Source: Treponemataceae bacterium (lineage in GTDB: Bacteria; Spirochaetota; Spirochaetia; Treponematales; Rectinemataceae). Taken from it: a stretch of DNA of 64,000 nucleotides. Under the pieces are notes generated by a model. The model was not told the origin of the DNA. It saw nothing but the letters and a program-made list of their open reading frames with translations, and searched no databases. The stretch's first letter is position 1; each line of letters opens with the position of its first letter. Shown here in pieces: positions 39,281-47,230 of the stretch. The position numbers and the translations under genes were made by a program. Location of the stretch: NCBI GenBank assembly GCA_963677895.2, contig CAXXGJ010000017.1, positions 143,908 through 207,907 on the forward strand, written 5' to 3'.

Positions 39281-39903
39281 TCCAGAAGCCATCCCGCGAG
39301 GAGTTCCATGGATCCGGCTTCGCAGTCCACCTCGCCGATGAACTCGTTCCTGAAGGGAACGAGCACCTGGGAGCCCAGGGCCGGGGGCTTGTCCTCGCCG
39401 GAGGTTATGGCCGAGGAGGCGCCGGAGGCGGGGCCGGAAACGGGGCCGGGGGCGCAGCCGGAGGCGGCTTTTCTAGCGAGCACCTTCACCTCGAGAAGAG
39501 GGTCGGCTCCGCCGTCCAGGACGCCCATGATCTCTCCGACGGCAAGGCCGTCCAGCATAAGCTTCATGCCGATGAGATCGTGGATATACCATTCGTTGCT
39601 TTTAAGAGGACTCACGCGATCTCTGGGAAGGTAGAGCTCCAGGCCGGTCAGGGCGCGCGCTTTCTCGGGCGTATCGTAGCCTTCGAAAACGAAGCTCAAG
39701 CCCCAGTCGCCCGACTCGGCGGATTGGATTTTCATCATTTTCGCCAATTCAGGTTTTTTTTCGGGAGCCGCGAGAATTGTCGTGAGACCTTTAAGATGAC
39801 TATATTCGCCGGAATAGCTGTGCAGCTTCAGGAATCCATTGAGACCCCGCGGGGCCCCAAGCTTGGCGACGGCCAAAAGTTCCTTGTCGGCGACTTTATT
39901 CAT
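39277..39903 (-). CDS. rimM: ribosome maturation factor RimM (with a low-complexity insert)
   Basis: GAPRGLNG.LK, EWYIHDLIG, VLVPF; position in the operon. Confidence 0.93.
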   Translation of the reverse strand: MNKVADKELLAVAKLGAPRGLNGFLKLHSYSGEYSHLKGLTTILAAPEKKPELAKMMKIQSAESGDWGLSFVFEGYDTPEKARALTGLELYLPRDRVSPLKSNEWYIHDLIGMKLMLDGLAVGEIMGVLDGGADPLLEVKVLARKAASGCAPGPVSGPASGASSAITSGEDKPPALGSQVLVPFRNEFIGEVDCEAGSMELLAGWLLE

Positions 39904-39912
39904 GGGAGGCGT

Positions 39913-40146
39913 TCAGTCCAGAATCTCCAGGATCACACGCTTGGACTGTGCTGAAGCGCAGGCTGAGAGGATCGTCCGGATGGCTCTGGCGATCCGGCCG
40001 TTCTTGCCGATCACCTTGCCGATGTCGGCGTCGGCGACCTTGAGTTCAAGAATCGTCGATTTCTCGCCTTCGATAACCTTGATGTCTACGGCATCGGGTT
40101 CGTCGACGAGGGATTTTACAATATATTCTACTAAATCGCGTTCCAC
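39913..40146 (-). CDS. khpA: KH-domain RNA-binding protein
   Basis: LVEYIVKSLVDEP, DIGKVIGKNGRIARAIRT. Confidence 0.93.
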   Translation of the reverse strand: MERDLVEYIVKSLVDEPDAVDIKVIEGEKSTILELKVADADIGKVIGKNGRIARAIRTILSACASAQSKRVILEILD

Positions 40147-40211
40147 TTCGTACTCCTTGGCAAAAAAAAGCGCCGGTCGGCTGTATGGGCCGAAGAATCG
40201 GCCCTCACCGC

Positions 40212-40463
40212 CTATTTGACCTGGATATTTTTCTTGTTGAGCAGGGAGCGAACGGTATCCGAAGGCTGGGCGCCGCGCGCAAGCCAGAATTTCGCCTTTT
40301 CCTCATCTATTCGAATCTGCTTTTCTTCGATTTCGATGGGATGATAGAGGCCGATTTCATCGATGGTTCTGCTGTCGCGGGGCGACCTAGCGTCCATGAT
40401 GACTATTCGATAAAAAGGACGGGCTTTCGCTCCGAATTTCTTGAGCCTTATCTTAACGCTCAC
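40212..40463 (-). CDS. rpsP: 30S ribosomal protein S16
   Basis: [36 protein letters not shown] start after GGAGG. Confidence 0.97.
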   Translation of the reverse strand: MSVKIRLKKFGAKARPFYRIVIMDARSPRDSRTIDEIGLYHPIEIEEKQIRIDEEKAKFWLARGAQPSDTVRSLLNKKNIQVK

Positions 40464-40553
40464 GGATTCCTCCTGAACTTTATGGAAAATTGGACCCTGC
40501 TTGAGACACACGTACCCCCGGCTCAGGATCCGAATCGGGGATTAGCGCTCTGA

Positions 40554-40582
40554 TTTATAACCCAATGCCGGCATAAAGTCAA
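40554..40582 (-). promoter_or_regulatory. sigma70 promoter of the rpsP operon (TTGACT-17-TATAAA)
   Basis: Consensus-like hexamers with 17-bp spacing. Confidence 0.7.
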
Positions 40583-40689
40583 CTCACCGCGGGGAAGGTC
40601 TCAGGAACCGAGGCATTCCCTTATGGTCAGCTTTCTCGCGCCGCGAGCCGGAAGGGCGGCGGCCAGAAGCGGAAACCATTCCCGGGCAT

Positions 40690-40832
40690 AAAAAACCCGC
40701 GGGAAGGATACTGAATAGAGTATGAATCCCACGGGGTTTCGCCCGTTGCTTATCACCGCTCCATATGGAGGGGTTTTAGCCCGGAGCCTGTCGCAGGCGG
40801 CTTCTCAGGCGACCCCTCGATATTTCTTGTAC
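40690..40832 (-). ncRNA. NiCo (czcD)-like metal-sensing riboswitch with an overlapping intrinsic terminator
   Basis: Ordered motifs GTACAA..GAGG-[P2 GTCGC/GCGAC]-CCGGGC-[P3]-GCAAC-[P4 GGG/CCC]-GTGGGA; terminator CCCGTGGGA..TCCCGCGGG-TTTTTT shares the aptamer 3' strand; 5' P1 side deviates from the consensus I recall. Confidence 0.65.
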
Positions 40833-40836
40833 TGAA

Positions 40837-40865
40837 ACCATAGGCCGTCGGGGGAAGGCTGTCAA
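40837..40865 (-). promoter_or_regulatory. sigma70 promoter for the riboswitch transcript (TTGACA-17-TATGGT)
   Basis: Perfect -35 and 17-bp spacer directly upstream of the RNA element. Confidence 0.7.
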
Positions 40866-40985
40866 TATTTTTTCGCTCTGGGCTATGGTGACAGTCCCTA
40901 TCATTTTGTGATATTATCATACTGGTTGTTGGACACAGTAGGAATTCCGGAACTTATCGTTGTGCAGACAGACTACAGGAGTAAT

Positions 40986-41678
40986 ATGGAACTTGAAAAG
41001 AGTGTCGATTTCGACTTTTTCATCAGATTTGCGGAAGGATTGCAGAAGTTCCTCGGCGACAAGTGCGAGATCGTCATCCATGATTTTCGAAAAGGTTTCG
41101 AGCACACCATAGTGCACATCATCAATGGGCAGCTGAGCGGACGCGATGTGGGCGGCCCTCCCCGCGGAGGCATGATCTCCAATTCCGGGAAGGACATAGA
41201 ACCTTTCAAGGAGAGCAGGATCTACTTCTACAATGGCACCAACGAGACGAAGGGGCAGATATTCAAATCCTGCACCACCCTCATATGCGACGAGAACAGG
41301 AAGATCATCGGGTCGGTCTGCCTCAATCTCGAAATGTCCGATTTCATACTCGCGCAGAACGCGTTGCAGAATTTCGTCCGCTACAACAATCCAGACATCT
41401 CCACGCTCAAGGAGGAAGATGTGGCCTTCGAGAATGTGGATGATGTTATGCGCTATTATATGGAACAGTGCGAACAGGTCGTTGGCAAGCCAATGTCGCT
41501 GATGAGCAAAAAAGAGAAGATAAAGGCGCTGGAGTATCTCGACAGCAAAGGTGTTTTTAAAATCACGAAAGCCAGCGTGCTTCTATGTCAAGCCTTCCAT
41601 GTTTCGAAATTCACGCTCTACAGCTACCTGGAAGAGGCGAAGGGACTTCGGGAGCCAGCTGATTTGGAAAACTTGTAA
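40986..41678 (+). CDS. YheO/DauR-like PAS plus HTH transcriptional regulator
   Basis: CEIVIHDF...TIVHIING.LSGR.VG.P, KS.T, IG..CLN, KIKALEYLDSKGVF.I...VSKFTLYSYL. Confidence 0.9.
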   Translation: MELEKSVDFDFFIRFAEGLQKFLGDKCEIVIHDFRKGFEHTIVHIINGQLSGRDVGGPPRGGMISNSGKDIEPFKESRIYFYNGTNETKGQIFKSCTTLICDENRKIIGSVCLNLEMSDFILAQNALQNFVRYNNPDISTLKEEDVAFENVDDVMRYYMEQCEQVVGKPMSLMSKKEKIKALEYLDSKGVFKITKASVLLCQAFHVSKFTLYSYLEEAKGLREPADLENL

Positions 41679-41696
41679 GGTTAAGTACCAGCGCAT

Positions 41697-41732
41697 AACG
41701 GGTTCTGACAAACGTCAGAACCCGTTTTTTTT
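41697..41732 (+). terminator. intrinsic terminator
   Basis: AACGGGTTCTGAC-aaac-GTCAGAACCCG-T8. Confidence 0.85.
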
Positions 41733-41809
41733 GCCGTTATCCATTTCGGACATGATTGGAGGTATAGGTGAAATGTGGAAGTTTTTACGCAAATATTTTA
41801 AAAAAAGCA

Positions 41810-41838
41810 TTGCCAGATTTAAAGAGTGCATCTATACT
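41810..41838 (+). promoter_or_regulatory. sigma70 promoter of the catabolic operon (TTGCCA-17-TATACT)
   Basis: Near-consensus hexamers, AT-rich upstream region. Confidence 0.7.
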
Positions 41839-42035
41839 CTCAATATAACATACAGTTAGTATGACTAAATTACTGAATGTATGAAGTAGAAGGAAAATCC
41901 AATGCCCATAAAGAGCGCGTCGGCATAAACCGTGTCGCACCCGCTCCGGGAGGGCGCGACAAAAAGGAAAAGGGGGCAACTGTGGGTGACACAGCGAGCG
42001 CGATACAAAAAAAAGAATCGGGGTGTGGCACAACC

Positions 42036-43157
42036 GTGAAAATCGAACGAGTCGAATATATACCGGTGCGGATCGCGAAACGCGGCGCCAAAAACGGACT
42101 CGGTTGGAAAACGGCGCTGGGCAACAATCCCTACGGCGATGCCGTCATCGTCATTCTTCACGTCGAAGGCGGCAACTTCGGCCTGGGAGAAGTGTCGTCC
42201 ATCTGGGACGGCGGCGCCGGCAACCTCGTGGCGGGATTCGGGGAAAGAATAGCCGATTCCATAATCGGGTTGGATGTCTTTTCGGTCTCCGAGGCGATCG
42301 CCCGGATGGACAAGGCGATGGCCTGGAGCAAAAACGCCCTCTGCCTGAAGGCCGGCATCGAGATGGCGATGTATGACCTGATCGGCAAGCTCAAGGAGAT
42401 GCCGGTGTATCAACTGCTCGGCGGTAAGCGCCGGGAGCGCATCCCCCTTTCCCATTCGGTCTCGATGGGCACAGTCGATGAACAAGTCGCCCAAGTGACC
42501 GAGCATGTAGCCTGCGGTTTCAGGACGGTGAAAGTGAAGGTCGGCATCGATTTTGAGCGCGACCTGGCGGCCGTGCGCGCCATACGCGAGCACTTTGGTC
42601 CTGAACTTGGTATCCGCGTGGACGCGAACATGGGATGGCGCGATCAAAAAATGCTCCTCAATGTCGCCTATCAGCTTTCAGCGCTGGGGGTGCTCTCGAT
42701 AGAGCAGCCCTTCGCGCCCCACGAGCTTGAGAAACTCGCTTTCATACGCAGGCACAGCCCGATTCCCATCATGCTCGACGAGAGCGTCTGGGATCCCGTG
42801 GATGCCTTGAAAGCGATCGAAGCCGGCGCGGGGGATATCTTCAACGTTTATGTCAGCGAGTCCGGCGGGCTCAATAAGTCGATGCAGATAGCGAATCTCT
42901 GCGAGACGGCGGGAGTGGGCTTCTGCATCGGCAGCATGCCGGAATTCGGCATCGGGACCGCTGCGGAGCTTCACTTGGGCATCGCCGCGCCGCGCATCGA
43001 TCATCCCAGCGACGTGATCGGCAATCTTTATTTCGTTGACGATGTCATAGCAGAAGTTTTGCCGGTAAACGAAGGCTTCGCCTATGCCGTCGAAGGCCCC
43101 GGCCTCGGGGTCAGCCTCGATTGGGACAAGGTGGAGAAATACCGCACCGACAAATAG
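42036..43157 (+). CDS. enolase superfamily protein, muconate lactonising enzyme (MLE)-like subgroup
   Basis: GLGE, AGIEMAMYDLIGK..PVYQLLGG, KVKVG, DAN, EQP, DES, GPGLG; start may be the upstream GTG at 41982. Confidence 0.9.
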   Translation: MKIERVEYIPVRIAKRGAKNGLGWKTALGNNPYGDAVIVILHVEGGNFGLGEVSSIWDGGAGNLVAGFGERIADSIIGLDVFSVSEAIARMDKAMAWSKNALCLKAGIEMAMYDLIGKLKEMPVYQLLGGKRRERIPLSHSVSMGTVDEQVAQVTEHVACGFRTVKVKVGIDFERDLAAVRAIREHFGPELGIRVDANMGWRDQKMLLNVAYQLSALGVLSIEQPFAPHELEKLAFIRRHSPIPIMLDESVWDPVDALKAIEAGAGDIFNVYVSESGGLNKSMQIANLCETAGVGFCIGSMPEFGIGTAAELHLGIAAPRIDHPSDVIGNLYFVDDVIAEVLPVNEGFAYAVEGPGLGVSLDWDKVEKYRTDK

Positions 43158-43209
43158 AGAGTGGCCGGTGAGGCACCCTTAGGGCAGCCAAAGAGGAAAG
43201 AAAATCTAT

Positions 43210-43710
43210 ATGGACATCTATGAAAGGCTTGTGCAACTTTTGGTCGAATTGCCGCCGCACACATCTCCGAACGGAAGCTACACGCTGATGGCGGAGTTCG
43301 GCGGGCATTACTTGTATACCTCCGGAACCGGCTGCGCCTCGGGTGGAAAACCCCTCGTCGTGGGCAGGTTGGGAGAAGAAGTCTCGATCGCGGACGGGCA
43401 GCGCGCGGCGCGTCAGTGCGTGCTGAATGTACTCTCCAACGCGAACGCCTACCTTGGGGACCTGAATCGCATACGTCGTGTGGTGAAAACCACGGTCTTC
43501 ATCGCCTGCGGGGAAGCCTTTGGTGACCAGAGCGTCGTGGCCGAGGGCGCTTCCGAACTTCTCTGCGCGCTGTTCGGCGCGGAGGGACGGGGAGTGCGCA
43601 GCGCCATCGGCGTGAGCTCTCTTCCAAAAAGCCAGGCGGTGGAGATCGAGATGATTTTCGAGTTGAAGGAAATTGGAAAGGAGCGACCGGATGATGATCC
43701 ACTGGAATGA
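43210..43710 (+). CDS. RidA/YjgF family (Rid) protein
   Basis: LYTSG, GRLG.EVS..DG..AAR, GASELL..LFG.EG..RSAIGV.SLP...VEIE; conserved Arg present. Confidence 0.9.
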   Translation: MDIYERLVQLLVELPPHTSPNGSYTLMAEFGGHYLYTSGTGCASGGKPLVVGRLGEEVSIADGQRAARQCVLNVLSNANAYLGDLNRIRRVVKTTVFIACGEAFGDQSVVAEGASELLCALFGAEGRGVRSAIGVSSLPKSQAVEIEMIFELKEIGKERPDDDPLE

Positions 43711-44452
43711 GTTGAGCAAGGATCAATTCGAGCGGTACCGCGATACGGCGACCGTCGCCATCAACTTCGCCTCCACCGAACAGCACTCGAGGCACCTCCC
43801 GGTGGGCACCGACGCTATCCTCGGCAAGGCGGTGCTGGAAGAGGCGGCCCGGCTGGCCACTTCCCCCATGCTCATCCTGTCGCAGGCCTGTTACGGCTAT
43901 TCTCCCCACCACCGTTTCGCGCCGGGTTATGTCACCATCTCGCAGAACACACTGATCTCCTACGCACGGGACATATGCAAAAGCGTCTACGAGAATGGTT
44001 TCAAAAGAATGTTCCTGGTCAACTCCCACGGCGGCAACCAGGTCTATCTCTCCGCCGTCATCAACGAGATCGGCGAGGAATATGGCGAGAAGTTTTCCCT
44101 CATGGAATTGCGGTACTGGGATGTCGCGGGCCCTCGCATCATGGAGATACGCGATTCGGCGTTGGGTGGCATGGGGCACGCCTGCGAATTCGAAACCTCG
44201 ATGATGATGCATCTGCGGCCAGACCTGGTGCAGGCGGATAAAATCGCCGAATGCCCTCCAGTGCCAGGGGACCCATGGTTCCAGATGGATCTGCTGGGGT
44301 TCAAGAAATACCTCAAGTTCTCCAATTTCAATACCTACAACCCCGACGGCCACGTCGGACAGCCGCATCTGGCGACCGCCGAAAAAGGCAGACTGTTCTT
44401 CGAGGCGGTCACCGAGGAACTGGCGAAATTCTTTGACTATTTCCATGTCTGA
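43691..44452 (+). CDS. creatininase family amidohydrolase
   Basis: STEQHSRHLPVGTD, GYSPHH, NSHGGN, HACEFETS, ATAEKG. Confidence 0.92.
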   Translation: MMIHWNELSKDQFERYRDTATVAINFASTEQHSRHLPVGTDAILGKAVLEEAARLATSPMLILSQACYGYSPHHRFAPGYVTISQNTLISYARDICKSVYENGFKRMFLVNSHGGNQVYLSAVINEIGEEYGEKFSLMELRYWDVAGPRIMEIRDSALGGMGHACEFETSMMMHLRPDLVQADKIAECPPVPGDPWFQMDLLGFKKYLKFSNFNTYNPDGHVGQPHLATAEKGRLFFEAVTEELAKFFDYFHV

Positions 44453-44491
44453 AAAACGATGACGAGGCGCTGAATTCGAAGGAGTGTTTGA

Positions 44492-44683
44492 ATGCCTAAA
44501 TACAAGATCGAAATAAATAGGGCATGGTGCAAAGCCTGCGGGATCTGTATCGATTTTTGCCCCAAGAAAGTCCTGGGCCCCGATGAGAACGGCAAGGCTT
44601 CGGTGGTGAGTCCGGACGATTGCACGGGCTGCTCCATGTGTGAGCGCCGCTGTCCCGATTACGCAATCAAAGTGGAAGGATGA
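44492..44683 (+). CDS. 2[4Fe-4S] ferredoxin, OFOR delta subunit
   Basis: CKACGICIDFCP and CTGCSMCERRCPD. Confidence 0.93.
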   Translation: MPKYKIEINRAWCKACGICIDFCPKKVLGPDENGKASVVSPDDCTGCSMCERRCPDYAIKVEG

Positions 44684-44687
44684 GAAG

Positions 44688-45830
44688 ATGGCAGAACAGC
44701 AAGTAAAGCTTTTACAGGGGAACGAAGCCTGCGCGATGGCGGCGCTCGACGCCGGGGTCAGGTTTTTCGCCGGATACCCCATCACTCCCGCGACGGAAAT
44801 CGCCGAGATTCTCGCGAAGGAATTGCCTAAGCTGGGCGGCATTTTCATACAGATGGAAGACGAAATCGCCAGCATGGGGGCCATCATCGGCGCCTCCATC
44901 GGCGGTATGAAAAGCCTCACCGCGACGAGCGGCCCCGGTTTCACGCTGATGCAGGAGAATTTAGGATACGCGGCGATGGTGCAGGTGCCCTGCGTCATCG
45001 TGGACGTCCAGCGCGGAGGGCCCAGCACGGGAATGCCCACGCTTCCATCCCAAATGGATGTGATGCAGGCCCGCTGGGGAACGCATGGCGATCACCCGAT
45101 CGTCGTCCTCTGCCCGTCGACTGTGTACGAGTACTACATCCTGACGATCAAGGCCATCAACTTTTCCGAAATGCTGAGAACGCCGGTCATCCTTCTGGCC
45201 GACGCGATCGTGGGACATCTACGCGAGAAGGTGATTATCCCCGATAGTTCCCAAATCGAACTGGTCGAACGGAAGCGAGCCGCCCTGCCGGCAAAGGACT
45301 TCCTGCCCTTCAAGCCGGATGATGACGATGTGCCGCCCTTCATGCCCTACGGTATCGGTTACCGGTATCACATGACCAGCAACAACTACGATGAGGGCGG
45401 ATACCCCGCCACCAACGATTCACAGGTAGCGGTCAAACTGCTCACACGTCTGCATCGCAAAGTCGAGAAGCGTCGCGGCGAAATAATCATGACGGAAGAA
45501 ATCATGATGGACGACGCCGAAATCGCGCTGTTCGCCTATGGATGCACGGCCCGCTCGGCGCACAGCGCGGTCGAGACGGCGCGCCAGCAGGGCATAAAGC
45601 TGGGCCTGATAAAGGCGCTCACGCTCTGGCCCTTCCCGCGGGAAGTAGTGGAAAAATACGGGGACAAAGTAAAAGCGATCATCGTCGCCGAAATGAACAT
45701 GGGGCAGCTCGTCGGCGAAGTAGAGCGCGCGCTGAAAGACAAAAAGGCGGCCGTGCGCCAGGTGAACAGGTTTGACGGGAAAATGATAACGCCCGACCAG
45801 ATTCTCGATGCCGTAAAAGAGGTGAGGTAA
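44688..45830 (+). CDS. 2-oxoacid:ferredoxin oxidoreductase alpha subunit (Kor-like)
   Basis: GNEA, GYPITP, QMEDE, TATSGPG, QRGGPSTG.PT, EMN.GQ. Confidence 0.93.
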   Translation: MAEQQVKLLQGNEACAMAALDAGVRFFAGYPITPATEIAEILAKELPKLGGIFIQMEDEIASMGAIIGASIGGMKSLTATSGPGFTLMQENLGYAAMVQVPCVIVDVQRGGPSTGMPTLPSQMDVMQARWGTHGDHPIVVLCPSTVYEYYILTIKAINFSEMLRTPVILLADAIVGHLREKVIIPDSSQIELVERKRAALPAKDFLPFKPDDDDVPPFMPYGIGYRYHMTSNNYDEGGYPATNDSQVAVKLLTRLHRKVEKRRGEIIMTEEIMMDDAEIALFAYGCTARSAHSAVETARQQGIKLGLIKALTLWPFPREVVEKYGDKVKAIIVAEMNMGQLVGEVERALKDKKAAVRQVNRFDGKMITPDQILDAVKEVR

Positions 45831-46649
45831 ATGTCAGCACATGTTCAGGACTATCTGAGAACGAACAAGATGCCTCATATCTGGTGCCCCGGATGCGGCA
45901 CCGGCATCGTGCTCGGGGCGGTGGTGAGGGCTATCGCCACCATGGGATACAAGCGCGACGAGGTCATGGTCATCACCGGGATCGGATGCTCGGCGAGGAC
46001 GAACGCCATCATCGATTTCAATACCTTCCAGACAACCCACGGAAGGGCTCTCAGCTTCGCCACCGGATTCAAGCTCGCCAGGCCCGAGATGAAGGTAATC
46101 GTGATAACCGGCGATGGCGACGGCGCCGGAATAGGGGGAAATCACCTGATCCAGACCTGCCGCCGGAATATCGACATCACGACGATACTGATCAACAACA
46201 GCATCTACGGCATGACAGGCGGCCAGTATTCCCCGCTGACCCCGATGGGAAAATACGCCACGACGTCGCCCTACGGAATGATGGAGCAATCTTTCGATGT
46301 CTGCAAGCTCGCCGAAGGCGCCGGGGCGAGCTATGTGGCCAGGAGCACCGCGTACCACGTGACGCTGCTGGAGCAGCTCATCACTAAGGCGATGGCGCAC
46401 GAAGGTTTTTCCTTTGTGGAAGCCGTGTCCCAGTGCCCGATCGGCTTCGGGCGCCGCAACAAGATGAAAACGCCCACCGCGATGCTCGAGTGGCAGCGCG
46501 ACAATGCCGTGAACGTAAAGGCGGCCGCGGCCATGAGCCCCGAAGCGCTGGAGGGCAAATTTACGATAGGCGAGTTCGTGAACAAAAACGTTCCCGAATT
46601 GGTGAAGGCATACGCGGAGCTGAACAAAAACTGCGGCGCGAGAGGATAG
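45831..46649 (+). CDS. 2-oxoacid:ferredoxin oxidoreductase beta subunit
   Basis: WCPGCG, GIGC, THGR, GDGD...NN.IYGMTGGQ.SP (TPP binding). Confidence 0.93.
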   Translation: MSAHVQDYLRTNKMPHIWCPGCGTGIVLGAVVRAIATMGYKRDEVMVITGIGCSARTNAIIDFNTFQTTHGRALSFATGFKLARPEMKVIVITGDGDGAGIGGNHLIQTCRRNIDITTILINNSIYGMTGGQYSPLTPMGKYATTSPYGMMEQSFDVCKLAEGAGASYVARSTAYHVTLLEQLITKAMAHEGFSFVEAVSQCPIGFGRRNKMKTPTAMLEWQRDNAVNVKAAAAMSPEALEGKFTIGEFVNKNVPELVKAYAELNKNCGARG

Positions 46650-46653
46650 GGCG

Positions 46654-47190
46654 ATGGAACGAAAAGAAATAGTCATAAGCGGCTCGGGCGGACAGGGCGT
46701 CGTTCTGGGCGGTATTATCCTGGCCGAAGCCGCCGCGATCTACGACGACCTCAATGCCACGCATAATCAATCGTATGGGCCGGAGGCGAGAGGCGGAGCC
46801 AGCAAGTCGGAAGTGATTATCAGCGAAGGCGCGATTCATTTCCCCGAAATCGAAAACCCGGACATCCTCGTGGCGCTGACCCAGGAAGCGATCAGGAAGT
46901 ATGGGAATACCATAAAATCACAGGGAATACTCATCGTGGATTCCAAGGTCAAGGTCGATGAAGATCTCAAAAGAAAGGCGAAAACCTTCAGCCTCCCGAT
47001 AGTGGAAACGGCGATCAGCAAAGTCGGCAACGAGGTGACCGTCAATATGGTGACGTTGGGCGCTCTCGTCGCCATCACCAAGATCGTAAGCAGGGAATCC
47101 ATCGAGAAGGCGGTGCTCAATCGAATTCCAAAAGGGACGGAAAACCTGAACAGGAAAGCGTTGGCGGAAGGTTTCGCGCTGGCGGAATAA
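46654..47190 (+). CDS. 2-oxoacid:ferredoxin oxidoreductase gamma subunit
   Basis: GSGGQG, QSYGPEARGGAS.SEV, NMV.LG. Confidence 0.93.
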   Translation: MERKEIVISGSGGQGVVLGGIILAEAAAIYDDLNATHNQSYGPEARGGASKSEVIISEGAIHFPEIENPDILVALTQEAIRKYGNTIKSQGILIVDSKVKVDEDLKRKAKTFSLPIVETAISKVGNEVTVNMVTLGALVAITKIVSRESIEKAVLNRIPKGTENLNRKALAEGFALAE

Positions 47191-47230
47191 GCCAGGAAAA
47201 TTTGCGCTGGTGAGCAAAGGGAGAATGGTC

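Noticed and set aside
40630..40670. GCCGGAAGGGCGGC segment resembling SRP RNA helix 8 near rpsP
   Set aside because: Lacks the TCAGG/AGCAG internal loop and a long enclosing stem
41877..42035. N-terminal extension of the enolase ORF, or a structured leader
   Set aside because: Not enolase-like; only one modest hairpin and no recognisable riboswitch or terminator
43499..45040. Long antisense ORF (513 aa) and similar shadow ORFs, e.g. 48092-49519, 13548-14780, 4795-5919
   Set aside because: They overlap well-supported genes on the opposite strand or another frame; expected in high-GC DNA; no motifs
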